Source of the DNA: a virus
DNA: 64,000 bases
Strand: one strand, 5' to 3'
IMG/VR virus record: IMGVR_UViG_3300042878_001341
Span: 14,963 to 78,962 of that record
Within the stretch, counting starts at the first letter, position 1; each line of letters opens with the position of its first letter. This document shows positions 52,357-60,805 of the stretch, one piece after another. The notes below the pieces were generated by a model. It was given only the letters and a program-made list of their open reading frames with translations. It was not told the origin of the DNA and did no database searches. The position numbers were made by a program, and so were the translations under genes.

Positions 52357-53122
52357 TAAAACAACAATGCAGGCAGTGTCTGCATTTTGTGAAGCAAACA
52401 ATATTGAGGATAAGGACGATTTCATATACCTTTGTTTCAAACAAGGGTTTGACATCAAGAAGTTTGGTCTTTTGGGAGAAACACTTAATGAAGGTGAAAA
52501 ACACTTAAAAACGGGTGTGATTGAAGAAAAACAGGTGGAAATTGAGGTAATCAGAGAAATACGGGTGGAAGTTCCTGTTGAAAAAATAGTTGAACGAATT
52601 GTTACTGTAACTGATGACACTAAGATAAATGAACTGTTGTTAAAAATACAACAGTTGGAAAATAAACCTCCTGAAACTGTTGAAGTCGTTAAAGAAGTTG
52701 AAAAAGTTGTCACAAAAGTAGAATATATTTGTGACAAAACGGGTGAGAATGAACTGTTCGGAAAAATAGAACAGTTGGAACAAGAAATTTCCACTAAAGA
52801 CAATGAATTAACTAAACAACAACAATTATTTTCCACTAAGACGACAGAAATAGAAAATATTTTCCAAAATGAAATGTCTAAAAAAGAAGAAGAATTAGAC
52901 GAACTTAGACATTCTTTAGACGAACTTTCAGTTGTTGTTAAAAATGAAACAACTGATAAATTAAAAATGATGTCAACGACTTTACAGAATTTGAGGAATG
53001 ACTTATCATTGAAAAACGATAAAATAACTGAATTAGAAAGAATAAACCAAGAACTACAAAAAACGGCAAATTTACAAAATGCCATTTATATGAAAGGTTC
53101 CAATTTAAATAGTAGAATATGA
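52328..53122 (+). CDS. Coiled-coil protein with VEVPVEK-type repeats
   Basis: Long heptad pattern; start uncertain (52328 or 52367). Confidence 0.7.
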   Translation: MEQKDSKIFNKTTMQAVSAFCEANNIEDKDDFIYLCFKQGFDIKKFGLLGETLNEGEKHLKTGVIEEKQVEIEVIREIRVEVPVEKIVERIVTVTDDTKINELLLKIQQLENKPPETVEVVKEVEKVVTKVEYICDKTGENELFGKIEQLEQEISTKDNELTKQQQLFSTKTTEIENIFQNEMSKKEEELDELRHSLDELSVVVKNETTDKLKMMSTTLQNLRNDLSLKNDKITELERINQELQKTANLQNAIYMKGSNLNSRI

Positions 53123-53472
53123 CACAATTAGTAATGTTTATGATTGCCGCCTATGGGATGACGACAATCTTAGTATATGGATCTATCTTTAACGGATTAA
53201 GAGATAAAATTAGAAAAGCGGGTAGTGATAAAGGTTATTTTTTAACTAGACCAATATTTAAGTTCATTTCTGACTTAATATCTTGTATGTTATGTACAAG
53301 TACTTGGATTGGATTTTTCTTTTCATTATTTTATTTTTCACCATCACATGAATTCATTGGACTTAGTAAGTTTTTATCCGTATTTTTTGATGGTATGTTG
53401 TCCGCAGGGTCAGTATGGGCAATAAATGCGATAATAGAATGGTTTGAAGAAAATAGACCATCAAAAGATTAA
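53119..53472 (+). CDS. Membrane protein, DUF1360-like
   Basis: Three hydrophobic segments, LISCMLCTSTWIG motif. Confidence 0.65.
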   Translation: MTQLVMFMIAAYGMTTILVYGSIFNGLRDKIRKAGSDKGYFLTRPIFKFISDLISCMLCTSTWIGFFFSLFYFSPSHEFIGLSKFLSVFFDGMLSAGSVWAINAIIEWFEENRPSKD

Positions 53473-53501
53473 AAATAAATAACAAATAAATAAAAACAAA
53501 T

Positions 53502-53801
53502 ATGCCAAAGTCAAAATTAAGAGGTGGGGCGAAAGCACACAGAACAAAAATTGCAAAAAGAAACAAACTTATTAGTCAGGAGAAATCAGGAATGCAAAAA
53601 GCGTTTGATAGATTAATGGAGGAACAAATACAAAAATTAAAAAACGGTGAAGGTTTAAGTATAGAGTCGTCGGGTAATACAATACCATTTGAAGTTTTTG
53701 ATAAAGAACATTTAGATTCAATTGTTGATTTCAAAGGAAGACACCCTGAATTATTGATGGGTAATGATGAAGTTGAAAATACTGAAGACGAACAAAAATA
53801 A
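53502..53801 (+). CDS. Hypothetical protein with basic N-terminus
   Basis: MPKSKLRGGAKAHRTKIAKR; A-rich leader. Confidence 0.7.
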   Translation: MPKSKLRGGAKAHRTKIAKRNKLISQEKSGMQKAFDRLMEEQIQKLKNGEGLSIESSGNTIPFEVFDKEHLDSIVDFKGRHPELLMGNDEVENTEDEQK

Positions 53802-53804
53802 TGA

Positions 53805-56177
53805 ATGGACTTGTTCAACCCACCAAAATTATTTAATTACAATATAATGATAAAAGATTTAGATTTTTCAAAGTATGAGAATCCAACAATACAAGTTGTG
53901 TGGGAAGATCTACAAGAAAATTTCACACAAGATAAGATTAAGAGTGTTAAACATTATTTCCAAAAGAAATATAACACTACCAATGTGAATGTATTAACTA
54001 AGGTTAAAAATGTTGACACAGATACAATGCAAAGTGTTGATGTCTCTGTTAACGTAACTGATGTTAATTATCAACTTGATCTATTAAAGAAATTTTTAGA
54101 ATCTAAAGGGTATTCTGACTATTCTGATGATATCTTAGGTATTAACAGAATGGTTGAAAACCGTATGAAAGAGGATGAGACTGAAACAACACAATTCAAA
54201 AAGTGGTACATCAGGAACATTGAGTTTTCAAACTTTTTATCGTATGGTGAGAATCAAAGAATGGATTTCGATAAATGCAACGGAGTTGTTGTTGTTGAGT
54301 CAGATCCACCTAACTTTGGTGGGAAGACCGTTCTTTCTGTGGATTTATTGTTGTTCTTATTCTTTAATGAGACAACAAAGACTACAAAGGCTGAAGAAAT
54401 TTTTAATAGATTTACCGATAAAGACTCGGTAGTTGTTAAAGGTGAGGTTACAATTGATGGTGAAGATTACATTATCCTTAGAAAGATTGAAAGAAAACTT
54501 TCTAAAAAAGGAGAATGGAATGTGAAAACAGAATTGGACTTCTTCAAAAAAATGTCTGATGGTAGTCTACAGAATTTCACGGGGGAACAAAGAAGGGAAA
54601 CTGAAGCGTTCATTAAAAATTCCATTGGAACCAAAGAAGATTTCTTAATGACCATACTTACAACTGCAACCAATCTTGAGGAGTTATTGGAGTCAAAACC
54701 AACCGCAAGAGGACAGGTGTTGTCAAGGTTTATGGGACTTGAGTTTTTAAAACGGAAAGAGGAAGTTGGTAAAGAGATTTATTCTGAATTTAATAAATCA
54801 AAGATGTCTAACATTTATAATTCGGAAGAATTAAAAAACGACAACGAATCTTTAACAACGAAAATCGGTGAATTAAATGATCAAATTGATTCTATCAAAT
54901 TGGAACTTAAAGATATTGATGAAAAAATCGTTAAGGGAAAAGAGTATCGTGATGATATGTTAAAGAAGAAACACGGAGACATTGATAAAGAAATCAGTTT
55001 GATGAACCCGGTTAAGACTCAAGAAGAAATCGTTGGTTTTGATAGAGAAAAAACAATGTTCCAACAAAAGTTAGACGAACTTAAAGTTGTTGAACCAAAA
55101 GAATTTTATCATGAAGATGATCACGATAAAATTAAAGAGGAATACAATGGTGTGTTCAAATCTAAAATTGAACTTGAAACACAGATCAGAGAAATTGAGA
55201 AATTGAAGAGTTCTGTGAGTGATGGTATTAAATGTGAACATTGTGGAATTGAGTTAATGAACGCATCAATTACCCAATCTAAAATTGCTGAACTTGATGG
55301 TTATATCGTACATAAAGACCAAAAAGAGGGGTTAATGCAGGTTTTAACAGGCAAAGAACAAGCTTTTGTACAACTTAAAAAAGACTTTGATGAGTATGAA
55401 AAAAACAAACTTATCAAAGAAAAATACGAATTGAGTATTGAAAGTTGTGATTTAAAGATTGGTGGTTTAAAAGGTAAGTTGGATCGCTGGGGGGATGTAC
55501 AGGATAAGATTAAAGAGAACGATCAGATAGATTCAATGTTGATTAAGGCGGATTTACGTTTAGATGAACTTGACCACCTTAAAAGACAAAAAAACACAAA
55601 CATTACAAACAATGAGTACCAAATAAAAACTTGTAATGAAAAGATTGATAACAATAAAAAGTTAATTGTTAAGATCAAAGAGGAGGAGGAGAAGGAAAGA
55701 ATATACAAAATCTATATGGAAGCCTTCGGTAAAAATGGACTATCAAAAATCATTATGAAAACAATGATGCCATTGATTAACTCTGAATTGCAAAGATTAA
55801 TGGAAGATAGTTGTTACTTCAAATTGGAAATTAGAATTAACGATAAGAACGAAGTTGAATTCCTAATGATTGATAATAGTAGTGGTATTGAAAAACTAAT
55901 GGTGTCAGGGTCAGGTTATGAAAGAACAATTGCTTCACTGGCTTTAAGATCAGTATTAAGTAAGGTATGTTCATTACCAAAACCAAATGTGGTGGTATTT
56001 GATGAGGTATTTGGTAAAATCAGTAATGACAACTTAGAAATGGTATCTGAATTCTTCATAAAGATTAAAGATTACTTTGAAAAAATATTTGTTATAACTC
56101 ACAATCCTATGGTTAGTCAATGGGCTGATACGATCGTTAAAATTAAAAAAGAAAATAATATTTCAAAAGTGTTGTAG
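53805..56177 (+). CDS. sbcC: SbcC/Rad50/gp46-like ATPase with N-terminal extension
   Basis: NFLSYG, NFGGKT (Walker A), coiled coils, CEHC hook, GSGYE signature, VFDE, ITH. Confidence 0.88.
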   Translation: MDLFNPPKLFNYNIMIKDLDFSKYENPTIQVVWEDLQENFTQDKIKSVKHYFQKKYNTTNVNVLTKVKNVDTDTMQSVDVSVNVTDVNYQLDLLKKFLESKGYSDYSDDILGINRMVENRMKEDETETTQFKKWYIRNIEFSNFLSYGENQRMDFDKCNGVVVVESDPPNFGGKTVLSVDLLLFLFFNETTKTTKAEEIFNRFTDKDSVVVKGEVTIDGEDYIILRKIERKLSKKGEWNVKTELDFFKKMSDGSLQNFTGEQRRETEAFIKNSIGTKEDFLMTILTTATNLEELLESKPTARGQVLSRFMGLEFLKRKEEVGKEIYSEFNKSKMSNIYNSEELKNDNESLTTKIGELNDQIDSIKLELKDIDEKIVKGKEYRDDMLKKKHGDIDKEISLMNPVKTQEEIVGFDREKTMFQQKLDELKVVEPKEFYHEDDHDKIKEEYNGVFKSKIELETQIREIEKLKSSVSDGIKCEHCGIELMNASITQSKIAELDGYIVHKDQKEGLMQVLTGKEQAFVQLKKDFDEYEKNKLIKEKYELSIESCDLKIGGLKGKLDRWGDVQDKIKENDQIDSMLIKADLRLDELDHLKRQKNTNITNNEYQIKTCNEKIDNNKKLIVKIKEEEEKERIYKIYMEAFGKNGLSKIIMKTMMPLINSELQRLMEDSCYFKLEIRINDKNEVEFLMIDNSSGIEKLMVSGSGYERTIASLALRSVLSKVCSLPKPNVVVFDEVFGKISNDNLEMVSEFFIKIKDYFEKIFVITHNPMVSQWADTIVKIKKENNISKVL

Positions 56178-56202
56178 TAATAGAATTTTATTTGTATATT
56201 TG
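56171..56202 (+). promoter_or_regulatory. Bacteroidota-type promoter GTTG-N20-TATATTTG
   Basis: -7 element matches TAnnTTTG; upstream of the 174-aa gene and sigma factor. Confidence 0.65.
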
Positions 56203-56223
56203 TAGAACAATTAAAACTAAGAT

Positions 56224-56748
56224 ATGAATTACTTACTTTTTGTTTATCACCATGAGGACATGGAAACCCCTAGTGTAACGACTGAAAATATTGGGGGTGA
56301 GTTATCAAAGATCATGTCATCAAGTCAAGTTAAATATATGTTTGGCGATAGACACTCAATTTACCACTTTGCAAGTGATTTCTCAGTTGATGAACTTGAT
56401 GACTTTTTATGTTTAGTATCTGCAGAGTACGATAATTTTAATTATTTGTTGACACAAAAAACTAAAAACGTTTCATCTAACTTTGATCAAGACAACTTAT
56501 TACATTTACTTACGTTAAGGAATACCAATAAGAAAAAACAAACTCCACCTAAAGATTTTGAATTTAAAATGGATCTTGGTGGTGGTGAGGATTTTTCTCG
56601 TATAGCAGACACTATTATGGGTTTGATGTCTAACAAAGGGTGTGAATTGACAATGGATGAACTTTTGGATAAAATCAGTTCCCAAGGTATAGATTCATTG
56701 AGTAAAGAAGAAAAAAGTAAATTAGACGAATATTCAAAAAACTATTAA
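56224..56748 (+). CDS. Hypothetical protein with C-terminal DUF6576-like motif
   Basis: MDELLDKISSQGIDSLSKEEK. Confidence 0.6.
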   Translation: MNYLLFVYHHEDMETPSVTTENIGGELSKIMSSSQVKYMFGDRHSIYHFASDFSVDELDDFLCLVSAEYDNFNYLLTQKTKNVSSNFDQDNLLHLLTLRNTNKKKQTPPKDFEFKMDLGGGEDFSRIADTIMGLMSNKGCELTMDELLDKISSQGIDSLSKEEKSKLDEYSKNY

Positions 56749-56756
56749 TTAAACAT

Positions 56757-57557
56757 ATGAAAGACAAAAACACGGGGATCCCAATTAACCAAGAAGAAAT
56801 TCAATACTATCTAAAAGATATACGTAGAATTAAAGTAATGACACCTGACAGAGAAAAAGAACTGGCGGTGAAGATGAAGAATGAGGATACTCCTGAACAC
56901 GAGAGAAAGAAAATTGAGTCTGAACTATTAGTTGGTAATTTACGTTTTGTTATCACAGTAGCAAAACAATACCAAAATCAAGGTTTAGATCTATCGGATC
57001 TAATTGCTGAAGGTAACTTAGGATTGATGAAAGCAATCAAAAACTTTGATTGGAATAAGGATCTACGTTTTATATCATATGCGGTATGGTGGGTTAAACA
57101 ATCTATCATCCAATCTTTGAATGATAACTCAAGAACTATCCGTCTACCTGTTAACGTCGTACAAGACCTACACAAGGCTAAAAAAGAAATTGAGGTTACG
57201 GGTAAAGAATTAGATTTAAAGTTCACGTCATTACCATCTATGATTGATTTGGATATGACTATCAATGAGGAAGGTGATACGTTGGTTGATATGATTGCTA
57301 ACCCTGACGCACTTGCTCCTGATGCGGGATTCAACACTAAAGATATGATAAAGAACAAACTTTTATCTTTATTGAATGTCTTAGATGATAGAGAGAAAGT
57401 GATCATTGAGGATTACTATGGGTTAAGTGGAACTCCAAGAACACTTGAAGATATTGGAGGAGACTTTGGACTAACTAAAGAACGAGTTAGACAGATCAAG
57501 GAAAGAGCTCTTAGAAGATTGAGAAATGAAAGTTCGGAATTATTTGATTACTTATAA
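56757..57557 (+). CDS. RNA polymerase sigma70-family factor, Bacteroidota primary-sigma-like
   Basis: Region 1.2 YLKDI; region 2 NLRFVITVAKQYQNQGL..DLIAEGNLGL..FISYAVWWVKQSI; region 4 TLEDIG..LTKERVRQI; no region 1.1. Confidence 0.92.
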   Translation: MKDKNTGIPINQEEIQYYLKDIRRIKVMTPDREKELAVKMKNEDTPEHERKKIESELLVGNLRFVITVAKQYQNQGLDLSDLIAEGNLGLMKAIKNFDWNKDLRFISYAVWWVKQSIIQSLNDNSRTIRLPVNVVQDLHKAKKEIEVTGKELDLKFTSLPSMIDLDMTINEEGDTLVDMIANPDALAPDAGFNTKDMIKNKLLSLLNVLDDREKVIIEDYYGLSGTPRTLEDIGGDFGLTKERVRQIKERALRRLRNESSELFDYL

Positions 57558-57568
57558 AAAATAAAAAT

Positions 57569-58021
57569 ATGGGAAGTGTAATTGATTATATTGAATGTTC
57601 AAATTGTAAACAAGAAGCGTTTAGCGACTTTTATTACAAAACAGGTGAACAGTATGTGAGTTGTAGTAGTTGTGGATATTTTCATTCACAATATTGGAAA
57701 AGAAATAAGGAAGGTAAATTTGAAACATTGGATGGTACCGATAATTATAGTTTTGATAACTTAATAATGGTTGAGGAAGAACTAAAAAATCCTTATGGAT
57801 CTTACAGACTAAAAACTTACCAATCAGTGGCATCCCAAGTCGGATCATTTGAAACTGAGTTTGATTATAACGAGTTTAAGTTATATCTTATTGACGATGT
57901 TGAAATTGAGTCCTTTACGTTGTCAAGATTTGTTGATGGTGAGATCAAAGTTGAAACGTTAATTGATAATGGTCCTAAGGTTGATTCTGCGGGTTTTACG
58001 CAAGAAGATAATTTTCTTTAA
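57569..58021 (+). CDS. Zinc-ribbon-containing hypothetical protein
   Basis: CSNC..CSSC at N-terminus. Confidence 0.7.
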   Translation: MGSVIDYIECSNCKQEAFSDFYYKTGEQYVSCSSCGYFHSQYWKRNKEGKFETLDGTDNYSFDNLIMVEEELKNPYGSYRLKTYQSVASQVGSFETEFDYNEFKLYLIDDVEIESFTLSRFVDGEIKVETLIDNGPKVDSAGFTQEDNFL

Positions 58022-58028
58022 AAAAGAT

Positions 58029-58059
58029 TTTGCAGATTGGAATAAATGTTATATATTTG
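58029..58059 (+). promoter_or_regulatory. Bacteroidota consensus promoter TTTG-N19-TATATTTG
   Basis: Exact match to the -33/-7 consensus TTTG-N19-21-TAnnTTTG. Confidence 0.75.
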
Positions 58060-58079
58060 TGGAACAAAACGAAACAATT

Positions 58080-58367
58080 ATGACAAACACAGAAACAACC
58101 AAGAAAGTAGGATTAGTAGTTAACAAAGGTACATGGGAAGGTGCTAAATGGACATTGACAGGATACCCAAACAAAAACACATTTCGTGATTGGGATAGTG
58201 CATATGACTTTGAGGGTTTTGTTAAAAACGTATTAAATATTAGTGGTGATTTTGATTCTGAAACTTGTCAGTTCTACGTTTACTTTGACACCAAACAAAA
58301 GGCAACTGCGGCTTTGAACAAGATTGAAAAACATTTCAAAAAAGTAGGTGAAATGTTAGGTTTGTAA
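58080..58367 (+). CDS. Hypothetical (probably early) protein, 95 aa
   Basis: ATG 58080 downstream of the promoter; the track start at 57963 overlaps the upstream gene. Confidence 0.7.
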   Translation: MTNTETTKKVGLVVNKGTWEGAKWTLTGYPNKNTFRDWDSAYDFEGFVKNVLNISGDFDSETCQFYVYFDTKQKATAALNKIEKHFKKVGEMLGL

Positions 58368-58379
58368 GGAAAAAAGATA

Positions 58380-58387
58380 TATATTTG
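58380..58387 (+). promoter_or_regulatory. Bacteroidota -7 element TATATTTG upstream of a non-coding region
   Basis: Identical to the -7 elements at 56195 and 58052; -33 element imperfectly spaced. Confidence 0.55.
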
Positions 58388-58391
58388 TAAA

Positions 58392-58534
58392 ACAAACGAA
58401 CAGGGTTGTACCGAGATTACCCTTATAACTCGGCGGAATGAGACACGATGTTCTCAAGGTGAAAATCCTCAATCTTGTCCTGGCGATAAGATGAAATTAC
58501 ACTCCCCCCTTGGTACCGAGGGGGGTTTTATTTT
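58392..58534 (+). ncRNA. Candidate structured ncRNA (H-type pseudoknot, three hairpins, terminator)
   Basis: About 50% GC by count in an AT-rich genome; AGGGT/ACCCT and CCGAG/CTCGG interleaved; TGAGA/TCTCA, AGG/CCT and ATCTTGTC/GATAAGAT hairpins. Confidence 0.6.
58504..58534 (+). terminator. Strong Rho-independent terminator
   Basis: CCCCCCTTG-gtac-CGAGGGGGG then TTTTATTTT. Confidence 0.85.
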
Positions 58535-58952
58535 ACACCCAAATTACAATTTGATTTTTACCGGTTCTAAAAGGATTTTCACTTGATTCTCTAAATACGG
58601 TGAATACTTCTAAGACCCAATTTGTCCCTGAGATATGAACAGGATTTAAAGGGATGGCTAATTCCCATTTTTCTGACTTAACAACAAAAGCTTCACCATC
58701 TTTTATTTCACGGTTAACTATTTTTTCTGCGATCTGAGATTTAGCCATCATTACAACCTCTCTAATCTCTCTATTTTCAATAGGCCTTTGATTGTAACCC
58801 GTACCTTCTAATTCAGGCCTTGTTGATCTGTCAAAAGCGTGTTTTTTACGATCCACTTCTAAATTAAAGGTAACTTCAATAGAAGTGACTATCTGTGCAA
58901 TCGTTTTTTCTTGTATTAAAACTCTACGTATTGATTCTCTAAGTAATGACAT
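58533..58952 (-). CDS. Putative head-packaged protein, possible BECR/RelE-like RNase fold
   Basis: Leader LRESIRRVLIQE; HAFDR..R and LEVFTVFR motifs; TATTTAT 6 nt upstream on the minus strand. Confidence 0.55.
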   Translation of the reverse strand: MSLLRESIRRVLIQEKTIAQIVTSIEVTFNLEVDRKKHAFDRSTRPELEGTGYNQRPIENREIREVVMMAKSQIAEKIVNREIKDGEAFVVKSEKWELAIPLNPVHISGTNWVLEVFTVFRESSENPFRTGKNQIVIWV

Positions 58953-59001
58953 AATTATATAAATACCTTATATTGATATTTATAAATACATAACAATTAT
59001 T

Positions 59002-60210
59002 ATGAAAGAAAAATTTTTACCATGGTTTTTATTATTTTGTGCTCTTGGTCTATCAGGAACCGCGGCTTATTATAGTGTTGTGGGGTTATCTGTGGTGTTT
59101 GTTGGTGTTGCGTTACCTGTAATCATTATGGGATCGTTTCTTGAGGTATCTAAGATTGCCATAGCAACATACTTACACGATAAATGGAAAGAAACATACG
59201 GAGTATTAAAAGTATACCTTACAATTGCTCTTGTGACGTTATCGTTAATTACTTCACTTGGGATCTACGGTTTATTAAGCACTGGGTTTCAGGGGAATAT
59301 TGCAAAACTTGAGATTAATCAGAAAGAGATTGCAAACGTAGAAGTAAAGAAGACAAGATTTGTGGAGATAAAAGATGAGTTACAAAAAGAAAAAGACGTT
59401 TTAGATAAAGACATTTCAAAGTTAAGAGATGGGTTATCTACTAATACCACAACACAAACCGTTGATAGAACTACGGGTCAATTAATTACAAGGGCAAATA
59501 ATGCTAACCGTAAGTCATTTGAGGATCAATTAAAAATGACAACAGAAAATAGAGATAAAGTATCTACTCGTATTGATGCAATGAATGATAGTATCACTAG
59601 ATTGGATATTGAAATACTTGATATGGAATCTGCGGAGTTGGAAGGTAGTGAATTAGGATCCATTAAATACATCAGTGAGCTTTCGGGATGGGATGTTAAG
59701 AAGGTGGCAAACCTTTTTATATTACTTTTAATCTTTGTGTTTGATCCCTTAGCAATAACTTTGGTTATTGCAACCAATCAAGCGTTTAAAAATAATAAGA
59801 AAAAAAATAATACCCCCCAAGTTACCCCCCAAGTTACCCCTCAAGTTGAACCGATAATAATTGAAAAAATTGTTGAGGTTCCTGTTGAGGTAATTAAGGA
59901 AGTTGAAAAGATTGTTGAGGTACCTGTTGAGGTAATTAAGGAAGTTGAAAAGATTGTTGAGGTACCTGTTGAGGTTATTAAAGAAGTTGAAAAGATTGTT
60001 GAAGTGGAAAAAATAGTTGAGGCACCTATAGTACAAAGAGAACCTTTAATTATTAGTGTTGATAAAAGTTGGGAACATTTATCTGATGATGATTTATTTG
60101 AAGATGGTGAATATTACATGAGAAGTAATGGGACAGGTGATGAGTCAACAACTACGACAACAACTAATGATGGTGTTAAGAGACTAGTTTATAAAAAGAA
60201 TGATGAATGA
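59002..60210 (+). CDS. Multi-pass membrane protein with coiled coil and VEVPVEVIKEVEKI repeats
   Basis: Three N-terminal TM helices, coiled coil, TM LLIFVFDPLAITLVIA, repeat tail. Confidence 0.75.
   Translation: MKEKFLPWFLLFCALGLSGTAAYYSVVGLSVVFVGVALPVIIMGSFLEVSKIAIATYLHDKWKETYGVLKVYLTIALVTLSLITSLGIYGLLSTGFQGNIAKLEINQKEIANVEVKKTRFVEIKDELQKEKDVLDKDISKLRDGLSTNTTTQTVDRTTGQLITRANNANRKSFEDQLKMTTENRDKVSTRIDAMNDSITRLDIEILDMESAELEGSELGSIKYISELSGWDVKKVANLFILLLIFVFDPLAITLVIATNQAFKNNKKKNNTPQVTPQVTPQVEPIIIEKIVEVPVEVIKEVEKIVEVPVEVIKEVEKIVEVPVEVIKEVEKIVEVEKIVEAPIVQREPLIISVDKSWEHLSDDDLFEDGEYYMRSNGTGDESTTTTTTNDGVKRLVYKKNDE
59812..60021 (+). repeat. 12-bp (TPQV)x3 and 42-bp (EKIVEVPVEVIKEV)x3 tandem repeats
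   Basis: accccccaagtt x3 (one variant); 42-bp units at 59863, 59905 and 59947 plus partial copies. Confidence 0.9.
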
Positions 60211-60805
60211 GGATGATATCATAAAATTTGGGGACTTCAATTACGAAGGTGAGGAAAAAGTAAAAACTCAAATAATTTTATCTCACACTTCAAGAGTTGC
60301 GGTGGACTATATTAATGGTCTAAAGTATCGTTATGGGAAAAAATATAACAAAGTACCAAACTACATAGTTACCCGTGATGGTAAGATTATAGAACTATTG
60401 GAACCAAAGAAATACTCCAAATATATAAAGGATGAAAACATATCTAAGAAGTCAATAATAGTTTCTTTAGAAAATTTAGGTTGGTTAGAAAAAGAACCAT
60501 TAAAAAATAGATACATTAACTGGATTGGTAATATTTATAATGGAAAGGCTTTTGAACGTAAGTGGAGGGATTATTTTTTATGGCAACCATATACCCAAGT
60601 TCAAATTGATAGTACCGTACTAATATGTAAAAAACTAATGGAAGAATTTAACATTAGTAAAAAATGTGTGGGACATAACACTAAAGTAAATGGTGTAAAT
60701 CAATTTGACGGTATTGTTACCAGAAGTAATTACACCACAGATGTTACGGATCTAAGTCCGGCATTTGATTTTGATTATTTTAAAAAAAATATAGAAGATG
60801 AATAG
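60200..60805 (+). CDS. N-acetylmuramoyl-L-alanine amidase-like (Amidase_2/PGRP fold), catalytic residues possibly degenerate
   Basis: QIILSHT, NYIVTRDGKI, SIIVSLEN, YTQVQIDS, DLSPAFD. Confidence 0.7.
   Translation: MMNEDDIIKFGDFNYEGEEKVKTQIILSHTSRVAVDYINGLKYRYGKKYNKVPNYIVTRDGKIIELLEPKKYSKYIKDENISKKSIIVSLENLGWLEKEPLKNRYINWIGNIYNGKAFERKWRDYFLWQPYTQVQIDSTVLICKKLMEEFNISKKCVGHNTKVNGVNQFDGIVTRSNYTTDVTDLSPAFDFDYFKKNIEDE

Noticed and set aside
52309-53085. 258-aa minus-strand ORF and other short antisense or alternate-frame ORFs in the track
   Set aside because: Shadows of + strand coiled-coil or repeat genes, with Ser/Phe-rich composition and no promoter or leader support.
58401-58435. preQ1-I riboswitch or HDV/theta ribozyme identity for the pseudoknot
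   Set aside because: Lacks the preQ1-I A-tract loop and has no downstream sense gene; only 13 nt lie between candidate HDV P1 strands, too few for P2/P3/L3.
58480-58497. Hammerhead-like CTGGCGA...GAAA
   Set aside because: Core deviates from CUGANGA and there is no stem II between the elements.
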